DNA from: Botryllus schlosseri
Taxonomy: Eukaryota
Assembly (NCBI GenBank): GCA_051294905.1
Contig: CM119386.1
Coordinates: 3,782,001-3,846,000, forward strand
DNA: 64,000 nt
Reading direction: 5' to 3'
Every line of letters begins with the position of its first letter. Position 1 is the stretch's first letter. Positions 46,981 to 58,800 of the stretch are shown here, piece after piece. Position numbers and translations under genes: made by a program. Under the pieces are notes generated by a model. That model was not told where the DNA came from. It did no database searches and worked only from the letters and a program-made list of their open reading frames with translations.

Positions 46981-47210
46981 TGTCGGCATTTGATAATCAC
47001 AAGTTCCTATCGACAGGCAGGCATATGTCATTAATTATGCTAGAATAGGCTAATTAGAAGCACTTGAACTTTGATTTTTGTCTTTTAAAATGAATGGTCG
47101 TCATTTTCAGTACAGAGGATTGCCTAATTAATATATATACATTTATATTAGCTAATTCTCTGGTCATATATCAACAATTTCAGTCACTCTGTTGTAAACT
47201 GGGAGCACTA

Positions 47211-48365
47211 CACTACAAAAAAAAAATTAGACAAATTTGGTCTTAATGTCTCAAATCGATTTTTTAGCAGAAAAAGTCTCAAAGACCAATTAGTCTTACC
47301 AAGTACTTTTTGTCTCAAAAGTAAGACACGTATTGATCGAAAATAGTAGCAGTGATTTGGGGGCATCCTTTTCAATGTTGGGGTCTGAGCGAAGGGGAAG
47401 CATGAGAGAGACCTGAATTTGCAGTGTTGGGATAATACTGTATTAAGGAGTTTACAAGATATTCACTAGATAACTTTATCAAGGTACATGCCGCTTACTA
47501 CTGACATGTAATATTCAGAACAATATATATACGGAGTTACGGATGTCTGAGTCAAAACTAGCATTTGTGGTGAGTGGGTAAAACGAGACCAAAAAAACTG
47601 CAAAATTCGTCTTAAAAAAAAGACCAAAAAAACTGAAACATCAAAAATTATCTCAATAAGCTAGCTGTGTCTGTTAAGTCCTTGGCGCAGTATTGTCCCA
47701 TGGTCTCTATCACTCTCCCCCTTCACTCAGAACCCAACACTGAAAAGGATGCCCCCAAAGCACTGCTTCTATTATCGATCAAGTTGGGTCTTACTTTTGA
47801 GACAGGAAGTACTTGGTAAGACAATCTGGTCCTTAAGACTTTTTTTTTCTAAATAGCCTAATCGATTTTAGATCAAATTTGTCTAATTTTATGCTCTTGG
47901 CCTGTGTAAACTTTCCGGTCTCGTTTTTTAGACCACGAACAATGTTGTTTCTTGATTAGCGAAATCCGTCTTAAAAACAAGACCAAAAATACTGACACAT
48001 CAAAAACTGTCTCAAAGAGCTAGTTATGTCTTATGCTCTTGGCCCAAGTTAACTTTTCGGTCTCATTTTTAAGACCACAAACGATGTTATTTCTTGATTA
48101 ACAAAATTCGTCTTAAAAACAAGACCAAAAAAACGGATGAATCAAAAACTGTCTCAATAAGCACAATATGTCTTATAAGATGCCCTTTATTGGTCGGATT
48201 TTTAAGACCGAATGATTGTGACAATTTTATATGGTCTTAAAAAGCTGAATCAGTCTTAATTTTGAGACCTCACTTCATCAGCAAGACTGAAATTGCTGAA
48301 AATCAGACCAAATCATCCTCATGTCTTATATTTGAGACCAAATTTGTCTATTTTTTTTTGTAGTG
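47211..48365. mobile_element. CACTA (EnSpm/CMC) non-autonomous element
   Basis: TA|CACTACAAAAAAAAATTAGACAAATTTGGTCT ... AGACCAAATTTGTCTATTTTTTTTTGTAGTG|TA: CACTA termini with a 2-bp TSD; internal ~141-bp tandem repeats at 47891-48172. Confidence 0.88.
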
Positions 48366-49002
48366 TACCAGCCGGGCAGATATTCCTTATAGCCATAGTG
48401 AGCTTTAGCATTAGTATATGATTGGGTTCATACTGTTATAGCAGAACAATTATAGATGCGTGTGGAGGGTGCATCTGGCATCTTGCATTGCGATACCATA
48501 CCAATGCCCTATCATGACAAAGCAAGGACAGGATAGTTTAACAATGAAAGAAAAATTTCACTAACACAACTGCAATGGGCTATACACTACAATATGGAGG
48601 AGATTTCAAGCTCACATGCGCTGGACAGGGATGCTTGTCAGAAAACGCCTGGCTTCAACGAAAAACTTCAAATTAACAAATTATTAACTTTCAGTGTTAT
48701 GCAGGCAAAATTTCAAACTCTGTTTAGCTAAGGGTGGTTCAAGAGGAAAGTATCAACTCGAACAAACGGCGTTTGTCAAAAGCTATGGCCATGGGTAATG
48801 TCCATAATACCGGAAACAAAACAGGTATACCGTACAGAAAAAAAACAGTCTGGCACAATAGTACGGCAATCTGTCCACAGGATCACCAATCACTTGGAAT
48901 TATGTCTTTTTGTACAACAATATGCACTCGTTTCTCTCTCTTATACCAATGGGCAATGGTCAACGAGGAAATCAGGATCAGCAATGCAGAAGGTATACAT
49001 AC

Positions 49003-49340
49003 GGTAGGGATTGACTTGTGGGTATAAAACAGGCGGTAACCGCCGTAACCGGTAATAATCCTACAGCGACTCAAATAATATAAATAAGTCGTATGATTGG
49101 GCTGAAATTTTTCATCAAATTCTTCAACGACGTTATGCCGGCAACTAAACGTCAGCAACCTGCAATACAGAATACAAATACAAACAAAAGCCGCAATGTA
49201 TACAACACTACAAGTACGATCAAGCTAGCGAACAAATGAAGAGCAAATAACTCACAGCGAATCAATCATCCATGTCTTCTTTGATCACGAGCACTGTGAG
49301 CCATCGAAAGTGAAGTAGTACGGGCTGAGCCAAACCATAT
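49003..49340 (-). other. Candidate 5' untranslated exons of GAPVD1
   Basis: GTGAGT donor after 49256, a 96-nt intron with a strong pyrimidine tract (TTTGTTTGTATTTGTATTCTGTATTGCAG), exon 49159-49003 and a GTATGT donor. Candidate downstream acceptors precede 45700 or 45638. The 5' end is arbitrary. Confidence 0.5.
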
Positions 49341-49473
49341 CATAGCAGAGTTTAGTGGAGTTGCATTCAGTACGCCATTCCGATAAATTTATAGGAATAA
49401 GTAATATAAGTATAAGTATAAGTATTTATAGGAATAAGTAGTCAAAATTGGCTATGACAAACTTTTTAGCCCC

Positions 49474-50680
49474 TTGAGCTGTCGTGAAATGATCTCGTTG
49501 TCAATCAATGATATCTTTGAAACCTCATCCCTGAATACCAAACTCTTCGCTGACGATACTCACCTCCTATCTCACGCACCTACTACCGCAAGCTTGAATG
49601 CCGTCACCCGTGATCAAATGCTCAAAATGCATGAGTGGACTTCCCATAATAGCCTTCGGGTTAACGCTGCGAAATCCCAGTTATTGGTCGTGAACTCCTG
49701 CGATAACCTAACCGTTGACATCGCTGGCCAACCAATTTCCAACGCTAAATATGCCAAATACCTTGGTGTTTTACTGGATTCGGACATGTCTTGGAAGAGT
49801 CACATAATCACTCAATCACTCAATCACTCAAACCACAACTAACGAAGGTATGTGGCTTGTTTCGCCGCCTTATAGCTACACTCTGCCAGTTGGGGTTCTG
49901 TTGATACTCTTCAACACTCTATTCCTATCAAAGTTACGATACGGAATTCTTTGCTGGGGTGCTACCTGCAAGAATACGATTGACCCACTGCAAAAACTTC
50001 AAAATCGGATCATCCGTATCATTGTAAAAGCTCCGCGGGGGCCTGGATGTGCAACTGATAAATCGCTACTCAGAAGATTTGGTGGTGTTCTAATTAACAT
50101 AGAAGATATGAGGAAGCTAGAAAATTGCCAATAAGTGTATGTATCAGTTCCATTGCGGTCAATGTCCCTCAAATTTCAACGACTACTTCACCTCGGAGTC
50201 AAAAGCGCACAAGTACACCACACGCGCGTCAACGAAGAACAACTACCATAGGATCAGGACGAAATACAAAAAAACACATTGCTCTATCAAGTATGCCGGA
50301 CCCCAATTGTGAAACTGCATCTCGCCGGCTATCCGACAGTCGTCGAGCATGTCCGCATTCAAGTCGAAATACACGTAATTTCTTCTGAATGAATACTAGC
50401 CAGCCTTCAGGATTACCGAAAAACGAAGTAACATCGACCTCGCCTTCCGCCACATGCCACCTCATTTTGTCGCTTGCGTCTTATATTCTCTGCATTACTT
50501 TTCATTCAGTGTGCATGTGCAATTGTGCATGCCTCTTCTTTACTTCGCCAAGGCCAAAGGTGGGTGTCTGATCTTAAAGACTACTCCAAGTTGTTTCGAC
50601 ACCTTCCTATCTTTTCATTATATCGCAGTTTTGTGGTGCTTTAAAACGATGAAAATATTAATAATAAAACTGATTGAACT
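49474..50680 (+). mobile_element. 5'-truncated CR1/L2-group LINE, reverse transcriptase C-terminal part, frameshifted
   Basis: TKLFADDTHLL (RT catalytic motif), LRVNAAKSQLL, KYLGVLLDSDMSWKSHI, LFLSKLRYGILCWG, LQKLQNRIIRII. The frame is broken by an AATCACTC triplication near 49806-49830. The 3' UTR ends AATAATAAAACTGATTGA. Confidence 0.88.
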
Positions 50681-50729
50681 AGTATTGATTCAGTAGAAAT
50701 TGTTTGTATTTTTACTTCATAGAAATGTT

Positions 50730-51075
50730 CATCATCATTGGTTTATTAGCAATTTTATCAGTTCAATACACCACAAAAATGCGATACAATGAAAAGACAG
50801 GAAGATGTCGAAGCGACAAGGAGTAGTCTATGGAATCTGACACCCACCTTGGCCTAGGCGATGTAAAGAGGAGGCATGCACACTGAATGAAAGTAAAGAA
50901 GATAGTATAGAAAAAGAAAGCGTCAAGAAATAAGGCGGCATGTCATGGGAAGCGAGATCGATAGGTCAGTCGTGGTCCGGTAATCTTGAGGATGGACTGT
51001 ATTTATTTAGTAGTAATTGCTTGTATTTCGACTTGAATGTGAACATGCTCGTCGACTGTCGGATGGCCGGTGGTT
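50730..51075 (-). mobile_element. Second LINE 3' fragment, tail-to-tail with the previous one
   Basis: The reverse complement encodes PAIRQSTSMFTFKSKYKQLLLNKY, followed by the same 3' UTR and an (ATG)n tail. Confidence 0.78.
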
Positions 51076-51179
51076 CAATAATTTTATACTAGCCTCTGTA
51101 TTGCTGCCTCTTATCGTATGTTCATATTGCATTGATAGAGGCAGGCATAGCCTCTGTAAAGGCTCTGTAAAGACTATGA

Positions 51180-51283
51180 TCGCGGTTGGCTAATTTTTCG
51201 CGTGTCATCGAGCGAAATACTACATTTAAAACACGTTTCCGGCCACCGGCGGCGGTCCTGCTTAATCGACATATTTGGTGAGT
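51180..51283 (+). promoter_or_regulatory. Candidate PKMYT1 promoter and first non-coding exon
   Basis: CpG-rich patch with E2F-like TTTTCGCG (51195-51202), CHR-like TTTAAA (51225-51230) and a GTGAGT donor at 51278; an acceptor TTTCAG ends at 52769 before the ATG. These motifs are short and could be chance. Confidence 0.3.
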
Positions 51284-52840
51284 TGCGCCTTCCGTGGAGA
51301 TTGTTGGATTGTTGATGTGTATTGTGTAGCCGCAGCGCTCATGTTCGTGGTATTATGGTCAGGTGTATGCTGCGTGATGGTGAGGCAGTTGAAAGTGTGT
51401 ACTCGTTTTTTTTCACGCATAGTGTGATTGGTTGATGCCATGATGAGATTCTGTTATGAGAATTCCTCAATAATACATGAAGCGAGTATTGAGTAGGCAA
51501 GGAAGCATGAGTGCGGTACCGTACGTTGTACAGACCAACAGACGTACACATGTCCAGTACCACCTTCAGCATGTGCTACGATCATAATGTCTCTTCTCCA
51601 CATGGAATCCGTGCTTGACATGCCATGTATTAGTATGAAACTTCCTACACTAGCTTTCGTACTGTCTGCATCGCACTATTATCAACAATATTATATTTTG
51701 CATTCAATGTTCCTTGGCCTGAAACCAGACTGGAATCTCGGTACGTTTTTAATAATATAACAGCAAGGCGCTCGCAGGGAAATTGTGTGAGCACAGGACA
51801 ACGATTCCATACAGGGCCTGAAATATTTGAACTCATTCGGAAGGAAGGTATGATAAATAAATGTCATGGGTCGATGGATGAGATTGTATTCGTATGAATT
51901 CGTATGAATATATATATATAATTTGACGATAAAAAAACTCTTTGAATAAATACCGGAAGCCTATGAATAACTGATCAAGTTGGAATATTATCGACTGGTA
52001 TGGTGTGTCCATTTTGGAATTTGTTCCTTGGATTGCTATAGTGCGAGTTCTAGCCCCTGTCCCAGAGTGGAATTTGTGGCAAGAAACCCTACTGTCAGTG
52101 TCATGTGCAACTTATCTCCGAAAATAACCACAGTTTCCAGTCTGACCCGTCCTTTTGTGATCTGCATGTGTTACAATACCAAAGGAATAGTATCCTATAC
52201 ATATATATAGTCATGATGCAATTGGAATTTATCCCTGCTCTTTGTATTATTGCTCTTTGTGGGAGACAAATAAATAGCTTTTTATATTATGCCGCTCAAT
52301 TGTTGTACAACACTTAAATGTAGACGGTAACAGATTAGATATAATAATATTGCAGTGAAGACGAAGTCATTTCTGTTTGACTCTGCATGAGATATGAAAT
52401 CCTATATGCACCATATCAACTTAGTTGACAAGTCAAAACGTGCATGAGACACTTATTTTATGTTCATCTATTTTTAATCATTTATAAAAATATTACTACG
52501 ATTCTATGAATCACCGAAAATGCATTGAATCAACTTCGTAAACTCATATCAACCATTTGACCATGCACCCTTTGACTGAAACATCATTTATTTGATGATT
52601 TAAATTGTCATAGATACAATCTGGTTACCAATTATGCACTTATGCAAACATTCAAATTATGCATGCATACTATCAAAAAGCTACTAGTCGTAGTCATTGA
52701 TGTAGAAATTTAGTCTTACCTGTACTATTTACAAAGTTACCAATTCTTCCCCGTTATAAAATATTTCAGATATAGCCACAAATCTCCGATAACTGGTTAG
52801 CGATTGAGTACATCGGAACGTCGTAACTGGCGCGGTTTTT

Positions 52841-54526
52841 ATGGATTCATTCGGCACCCCAACATTTTGCAAGAATGATGCGGGTAAAAGTCGGAGAAGA
52901 CACTCCCAAGATGGCGCCGACTTTGCAAATTTCGCCTCGTCCACCCCTGCCGGGATCGCGAGACCGCTGCCCGAGTTTCCAGAGCCTCACAACAAACTAT
53001 TCAGTTTCCGCGATCACCATTCCCACCACTCGAAATCCGTTTTCCCAAAATCTCCCATCAAGAGCGCGCCGCCGATCAGCCGAGTTTTCCCCCACCGTCA
53101 GTGGGCGCCGGAAAAGGCACACGCCGTTTCGTTTCGCGACGAGAGCAAGCACTTGGACTCGGCGATCCACAGCAAGTTCTATGACTCGGACAGATCCGAA
53201 TTATACTTCGAGCAATGCTTCACAATCGTGAAAAAACTAGGCGAAGGCTCTTTCGGCGAAGTTATGGACGTGAAGAGCTTGGAAAACGGACAGAGATACG
53301 CGGTAAAGCGGTCTAGAGAGAAATTCCGCAATGAAGCAGACAGACGTCGGAAATTCGACGAAGTTAACAAGCTCGAATTACTGCCGAAACACATAAATTG
53401 TCTAGAGTTCACGAAAGCGTGGGAAGAAAACCACCGTCTTTACATACAAACGGAATTGTGCGCCATGAGCCTTCAAGAATACATGGATATAACCGGCGTA
53501 ATCTCAGAGGGCAAAGTGTGGAGAATACTGATCGATTTACTGAACGGACTGCACCACATCCACAGTCACGGATTTATTCATTTGGATATTAAGCCTGCCA
53601 ATATCTTTCTGTCGGCTGACAGTACTTGCAAAATCGGAGATTTCGGTCTGGTCGTGCGGCATGAGGAATTATCCGACGCCAGAGAAGGGGATAATAAATA
53701 CATGGCTCCCGAGTTGTTAAACTCTGTTTTCTCCGCTAAAGCCGATGTTTTCAGTTTGGGCATCGCTCTGCTGGAGTTGGCGTCAAATATCGATTTGCCG
53801 CAAGGAGGTCCGTCCTGGCGACTTCTAAGATTAGGGTACATACCGCCGGAATGTCTATCCACAATCAGTCCGGATTTGCATTGTATCATACAATGGATGT
53901 TGACTCCGGATCCTGTCAAGCGCCCTAACGTCCTTGAGATCATGGAGCACCCTATTGTTAAGGGCCGTTGTTCCAAATATCTGCCTTGGAGCATTTATAA
54001 ATCCTTTTCTGGTCTGTGCAGAAAGAATTTCGAACGGATCATCTCCTACTTTATCGTGAGGTTTTTGCTGTTACCGTTTATCGTACTTTTAAAACCGCTT
54101 ACGGTTCGAATGAGTAGCATTCGAGATAAATCTTTTTCCACTGTGAAGATTAAAAAGAAGGCAAATTGTAAGTGGAATTCGTCAAGTTCTAGTAGCATTC
54201 GTTGGTCTGATTCCCCTAAAGATAATTCTCAGTACGAAAACGGATCTGTATTTCTTACTCCGAGTATCAAGTCGAATAGTTGCTCGAGAATCAACCCGCG
54301 TAACTCTTCCCCCCTTTGCGGACGTGCCCGCCCACCTCGTACTCCCGACAATCCGTCGCCCGATGTAAGCCCACTGTCCCACGCGCGATCAAATTTCAAC
54401 GTTTTTCATTCGTCTGCAAGCGATGTAAGTAACCACGACCAATCCAGGTCTAGCGACACTGTATTCATTTCCAAACCGAAGAATTTGTTGGATTTATTGA
54501 ACAATGTTTCCGACTCGGAAGATTAA
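52841..54526 (+). CDS. PKMYT1: Membrane-associated tyrosine/threonine-specific Cdc2-inhibitory kinase Myt1 (Wee family), 561 aa, single coding exon
   Basis: Uninterrupted ORF with LGEGSFGEV, YAVKRSREKFR, HLDIKPANIFL, KIGDFGL, EGDNKYMAPE, ADVFSLG and LPQGGPSWRLLRLGYIPPE. A hydrophobic segment after the kinase domain (IISYFIVRFLLLPFIVLL) and a C-terminal PKNLLDLL (compare PRNLLSLF in human Myt1) distinguish it from Wee1. Confidence 0.95.
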   Translation: MDSFGTPTFCKNDAGKSRRRHSQDGADFANFASSTPAGIARPLPEFPEPHNKLFSFRDHHSHHSKSVFPKSPIKSAPPISRVFPHRQWAPEKAHAVSFRDESKHLDSAIHSKFYDSDRSELYFEQCFTIVKKLGEGSFGEVMDVKSLENGQRYAVKRSREKFRNEADRRRKFDEVNKLELLPKHINCLEFTKAWEENHRLYIQTELCAMSLQEYMDITGVISEGKVWRILIDLLNGLHHIHSHGFIHLDIKPANIFLSADSTCKIGDFGLVVRHEELSDAREGDNKYMAPELLNSVFSAKADVFSLGIALLELASNIDLPQGGPSWRLLRLGYIPPECLSTISPDLHCIIQWMLTPDPVKRPNVLEIMEHPIVKGRCSKYLPWSIYKSFSGLCRKNFERIISYFIVRFLLLPFIVLLKPLTVRMSSIRDKSFSTVKIKKKANCKWNSSSSSSIRWSDSPKDNSQYENGSVFLTPSIKSNSCSRINPRNSSPLCGRARPPRTPDNPSPDVSPLSHARSNFNVFHSSASDVSNHDQSRSSDTVFISKPKNLLDLLNNVSDSED

Positions 54527-55033
54527 GCCGTTTGCTGCACTGTGTTTCTCTAAAACGTTTCTTGCCAGTGTTTGTCACCTTTCGCCGTTCTCAGTTGCAA
54601 GGTTTTGTTGATTTTTAGATTTTACTTTTAGCGACTGTAGGGTATGTATCGGATACATCATCGTTGCAGTTAAATCGGATAGTGATCTATTCTTGTCTAC
54701 AGTCTGCATTGATGATACTGCATTGAAAGATTGAAGAAGTGAGTGTTTAGTGTGTTTGCCTTTTTGATTTCAGCTCTGTATCGTTGTCTTGTATAATTTG
54801 TATGTAATATATGTCGCGAGACATTTTTGTTACAGTTGTGGACGTAGCTAAGACTAAGAGTTCTAGTAGTTGTCAAAATTTTCTGCAATCAAGGGATTTG
54901 GAGTGATCTATATTATGATTCAATGAACGCAAAGTTAATGACAATGCTAAATATTGTATAATATGGTGATATGCCCTTGCCCTCGTTCCCTTTTCATTGC
55001 AATATGGTTTAACCATGATAATAACTAATGTCG

Positions 55034-55039
55034 AATAAA
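55034..55039 (+). terminator. Candidate polyadenylation signal of PKMYT1
   Basis: AATAAA about 510 nt after the stop codon. Confidence 0.35.
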
Positions 55040-55877
55040 GGCAAGACGAAATTTGACGTTAAAATAATATTGACCCAATATTTCGTGAGTTAATTACTGT
55101 AATAATGTCCGACTTGACGCGTTTTGCTCTGATTACTGTAATCGTGTCAGACTGTATGTCGGAATTGTAAGAATGTGATTGTATATCTTTGCTCATAGTG
55201 ACCTATCTCATTCACGGCCAATGCAATGAAAACTGTTATATTTAATGCCAGTGAACAGTCCAGGACCAGTATTGGTGGATGATGTTGAACCATATTGTAA
55301 TTTCTGTAGATAATTGACGGCCAATGGTATTGCATCAAGGATGCCTAGAATATAATTCATATTATGCTTATAGTGATACTCGTAATATGATACCGACACA
55401 CCTGTATCTAATTTTAGTGGCGTTCTTGACCAGACTTCTTCATAACTATTCATCCTTATCCCTATTGTTAAACTAGAGACTTGGAGCTTATTTTATTGTC
55501 ACCATATATTTGAACTCAACTAGTAAAGGATAAAAATTCAGAACATGAAAAAATATTTTGAAAGGTGACTATAGTGTTGGTGGTATTTATTAATACTGCA
55601 TGCCTGTGTTGGCTACATGGTAGACCGCTATCTTTCTGTGGTTTTTGGTGTTCAAAGAAATTTTGGGCTGAGAACTGGTGCTGGTAGTTATAAATACTCC
55701 TAGCAAGAATCGAGCGTCTGCTAAAAATACTAATTATGAGTTCGGGCATTTCAACAAGGTCTAATATTATTAAAAAATTCAAAGTAATTTATTGCATGTC
55801 TGTCAATATTCCATGTCATATATTTCTCTTGAGGTTAACCACTCGGTATAACTTGTTCTATTTTAGACCCGCCTAAT

Positions 55878-58800
55878 ATGGTCCTGCAACCTTTGGAGTT
55901 CAGCGATTGTTTCCTGGATTCGCCTTGGCTGCGTTCCAGCATCAAGGAACATGAAGATGAATTGGAGAAAACCAACACAAACATCAAGCTTTTAATCAAG
56001 GTTAGTATTGTCGTCTATATTTCATCCAGATATCTACCTGAGTCCTGAGCTCATAAATCTCACTTGTACAAGGGGCAGGTATGGTATTTTATTTGAATAG
56101 TGTAGAACGGTGTTTCTCAACGGCTAGTTCGTGTCAACTTCCTTTCCGGTCTGCTGAATATATTAAGTAGGCCTATCTCAATTGCAAGGTTCAACATGTT
56201 GATGGCTTGTCTATTGATTAAAGAAATTTACTTATAATTTCAAACTGATAGAACATCTCGGGTTTCATAATTTGCAGATAGAGTTCATGGTCTATTTTTG
56301 GACTTATAATATAAACAGAAATTCTGGCGGAGTCAATGCTGTACTTACTATTTTTCAATAGAACCATGTATAACATACATGTATGATGCCAAAATAGCAG
56401 CAAAAATCTCATTAAATTGAAGTTCCCATGCTTTTCTTGTAAGTTCAATAGTTTTGTCGTAATCACAGATTCGATTGAGTTTGAATTCAAGAAGCAGTTA
56501 TTTGTTGAAGTCTGTCATTGGTGAATATACGGAAATGACATCATATCCCAGTGAAATATACGTACAATGTGTTATGTGTATCATTATATCATTTATATTT
56601 TCCCAATTTTTGGAGTTGTGACGCTTTCTCGCACTGTTATGTGTGACAGAATTGGAATACAGGAGTGTCCTAATTCGAGCCAAGCAGTGGCAGTTAGTTT
56701 TATATTGTTCAAATATGTGAAAGAAGGAGCTCAATCTTCTTCAAATGTGACAGTTTGGGCCCTTGGGGTATTGCTCGACAGTTTTGTTATCAAGCAAGGA
56801 TCAAGGATCGATAAGTCATGACATTGTATATCTAACACCGAATTGTTAGTATTAGTGTTAGTATTTATAGCTATTGAGCCTGTACGACCTAATGCCATTC
56901 AAACTGCTTCGAAATAGACACAAAGTACTCGGTGCCTTTGTGGCACTTGATAAACTTACTCTAGTAGTATTAAGAGCCGTTTTGTTGCAATGTCATGGCT
57001 AATTGTTCCGCAATCGTTATAGGATGCCAAAGCAATGCTATTATCGTGCAAGAAACAGTGTGAGTCAATGCACACGTTCAGTGAAAGGCTGAAGAATTTT
57101 CAATTTGAAATTATCGGAAACAACCTGACGGACGCGGAACGGGGAATTGGTGAGTAGGCCTATGTTGTCGTCGCACCAGCTTGCAATGCTGTCTGTGTAT
57201 TTGGATGTTAGCTAGCTAGGGGCATATGTAAAATTATCTCCACCTTGCAGTAATATTGGACAACAGAATTTTCCTAATCAAGGATAAGATTAAGCAAATG
57301 TTGCTGGATTTGTGGAAATGCAGTAAAAGTGGTCTGAATGAAAATACAGAGTTTGTCCTTCACCAATTTTGTAATGTCATTTATAGAATCCTCATTTGAA
57401 TATATATATAACTTGATATCGTTAGAAATTAAATGTCAAAATATAGATTGATCCTAAGCCTATGTTCAGATGTTTTCTAGTACTACCAATATTCCAAATT
57501 CCATATCCAAATCCACAATCCTCTCAGACATATACATTATACAATTCGCACAGTGTATAATAAAGCCTGTTGCTTACACAGTATGTCAGTAATTACGATT
57601 TCAAATATAAACTTTGTGCCTATCCCAACATGCCCATACATGCCCATGCCCATTGCCCATACATGCCATTGAGAAAACTGATAGTGATCTGTAGGTATTT
57701 TATCGTTTATTTTGTTTTGTCATAAAAAAATTAGTTTGCTGCTCCGTGCTCCGCCAGAACTTCAATGTTATAAAGTGTTCCATCGCTTCCAATTTTGAAA
57801 AATATTCCCACCAAACCACACTGAGACTCCATTTGGGCTCTCACCTCTACATTCAATAGAAACTCGTTGACCAAGTGAGTTTCTTATTATGAAATGCAGC
57901 AGCCTGCATTCTCTGCCCTCACCTCTGGTCCATTTAAATTTTGTATCATACACATATGCCCAATAGCTGTGATGAAGTTCACGGACCACTGTAGTCAGTC
58001 AGTCAGCACTGTATGGTTTTATATTGTGACAGCCGGCTCATTGAAAGAATTCGGAACATTGCTAGAAGAAATCGAGGGGGAATGGGCGAAAACTATCGAA
58101 CGGTCAGAAATACAACTTGTCGCACCTTTGGAAAGGTAACTGCGCATGTAGAATGTAATGGATAATAATCCACTTGCGGGTTTATGATTGACCTTTTCCT
58201 GTCATTGTACTGGAATCTGCTTGTGAAACTGCAGTTAATTTTGCAGCGATTCGTCATCTGTCGTATTGTGATGTTTGTAGGTTTCGTAAAGACCACATTC
58301 ACAGTTACCGAGAAGCTAAAAAGACGTTTGACAAGTCTAGCGATCGCTATTATAAGCAAATGGAGCACACCCTCGGTCTGTCGCATAAGAAAAAGGAACA
58401 GCAGTTGAAAGTAAGGCGTTTGTGACCAAAACTTTGTGTCGTGCTGCGGCGTTCGCTGCCTGAGTGTATGTGGTTATCTGTGATTTTGCGAATGCCGTTT
58501 TTACGCTTATTCAATCAATACTTAGGCGTAAATGTAGTACAATTTAGATTCCTGTCATTGCCTGGTACTGGTACTTCAGAAAAAAATGCAGTTCAGATGA
58601 ACTCAGGAGAAAACAATGATGATGTGGCAACAGAATCTATCACCCTGCCAACCTCTGGTCTTCGTTGTTCGAACGTCCAGTTCTGTGTCACCTTTCTTTC
58701 GCCGGTCTCACACATCCGTATTTGTTTTCATTATGAGGTGGCAGGAGGAATGATTCACGTCACTTTCGGGCTTCGTGCAAGGATTAGTACGACCATGCGC

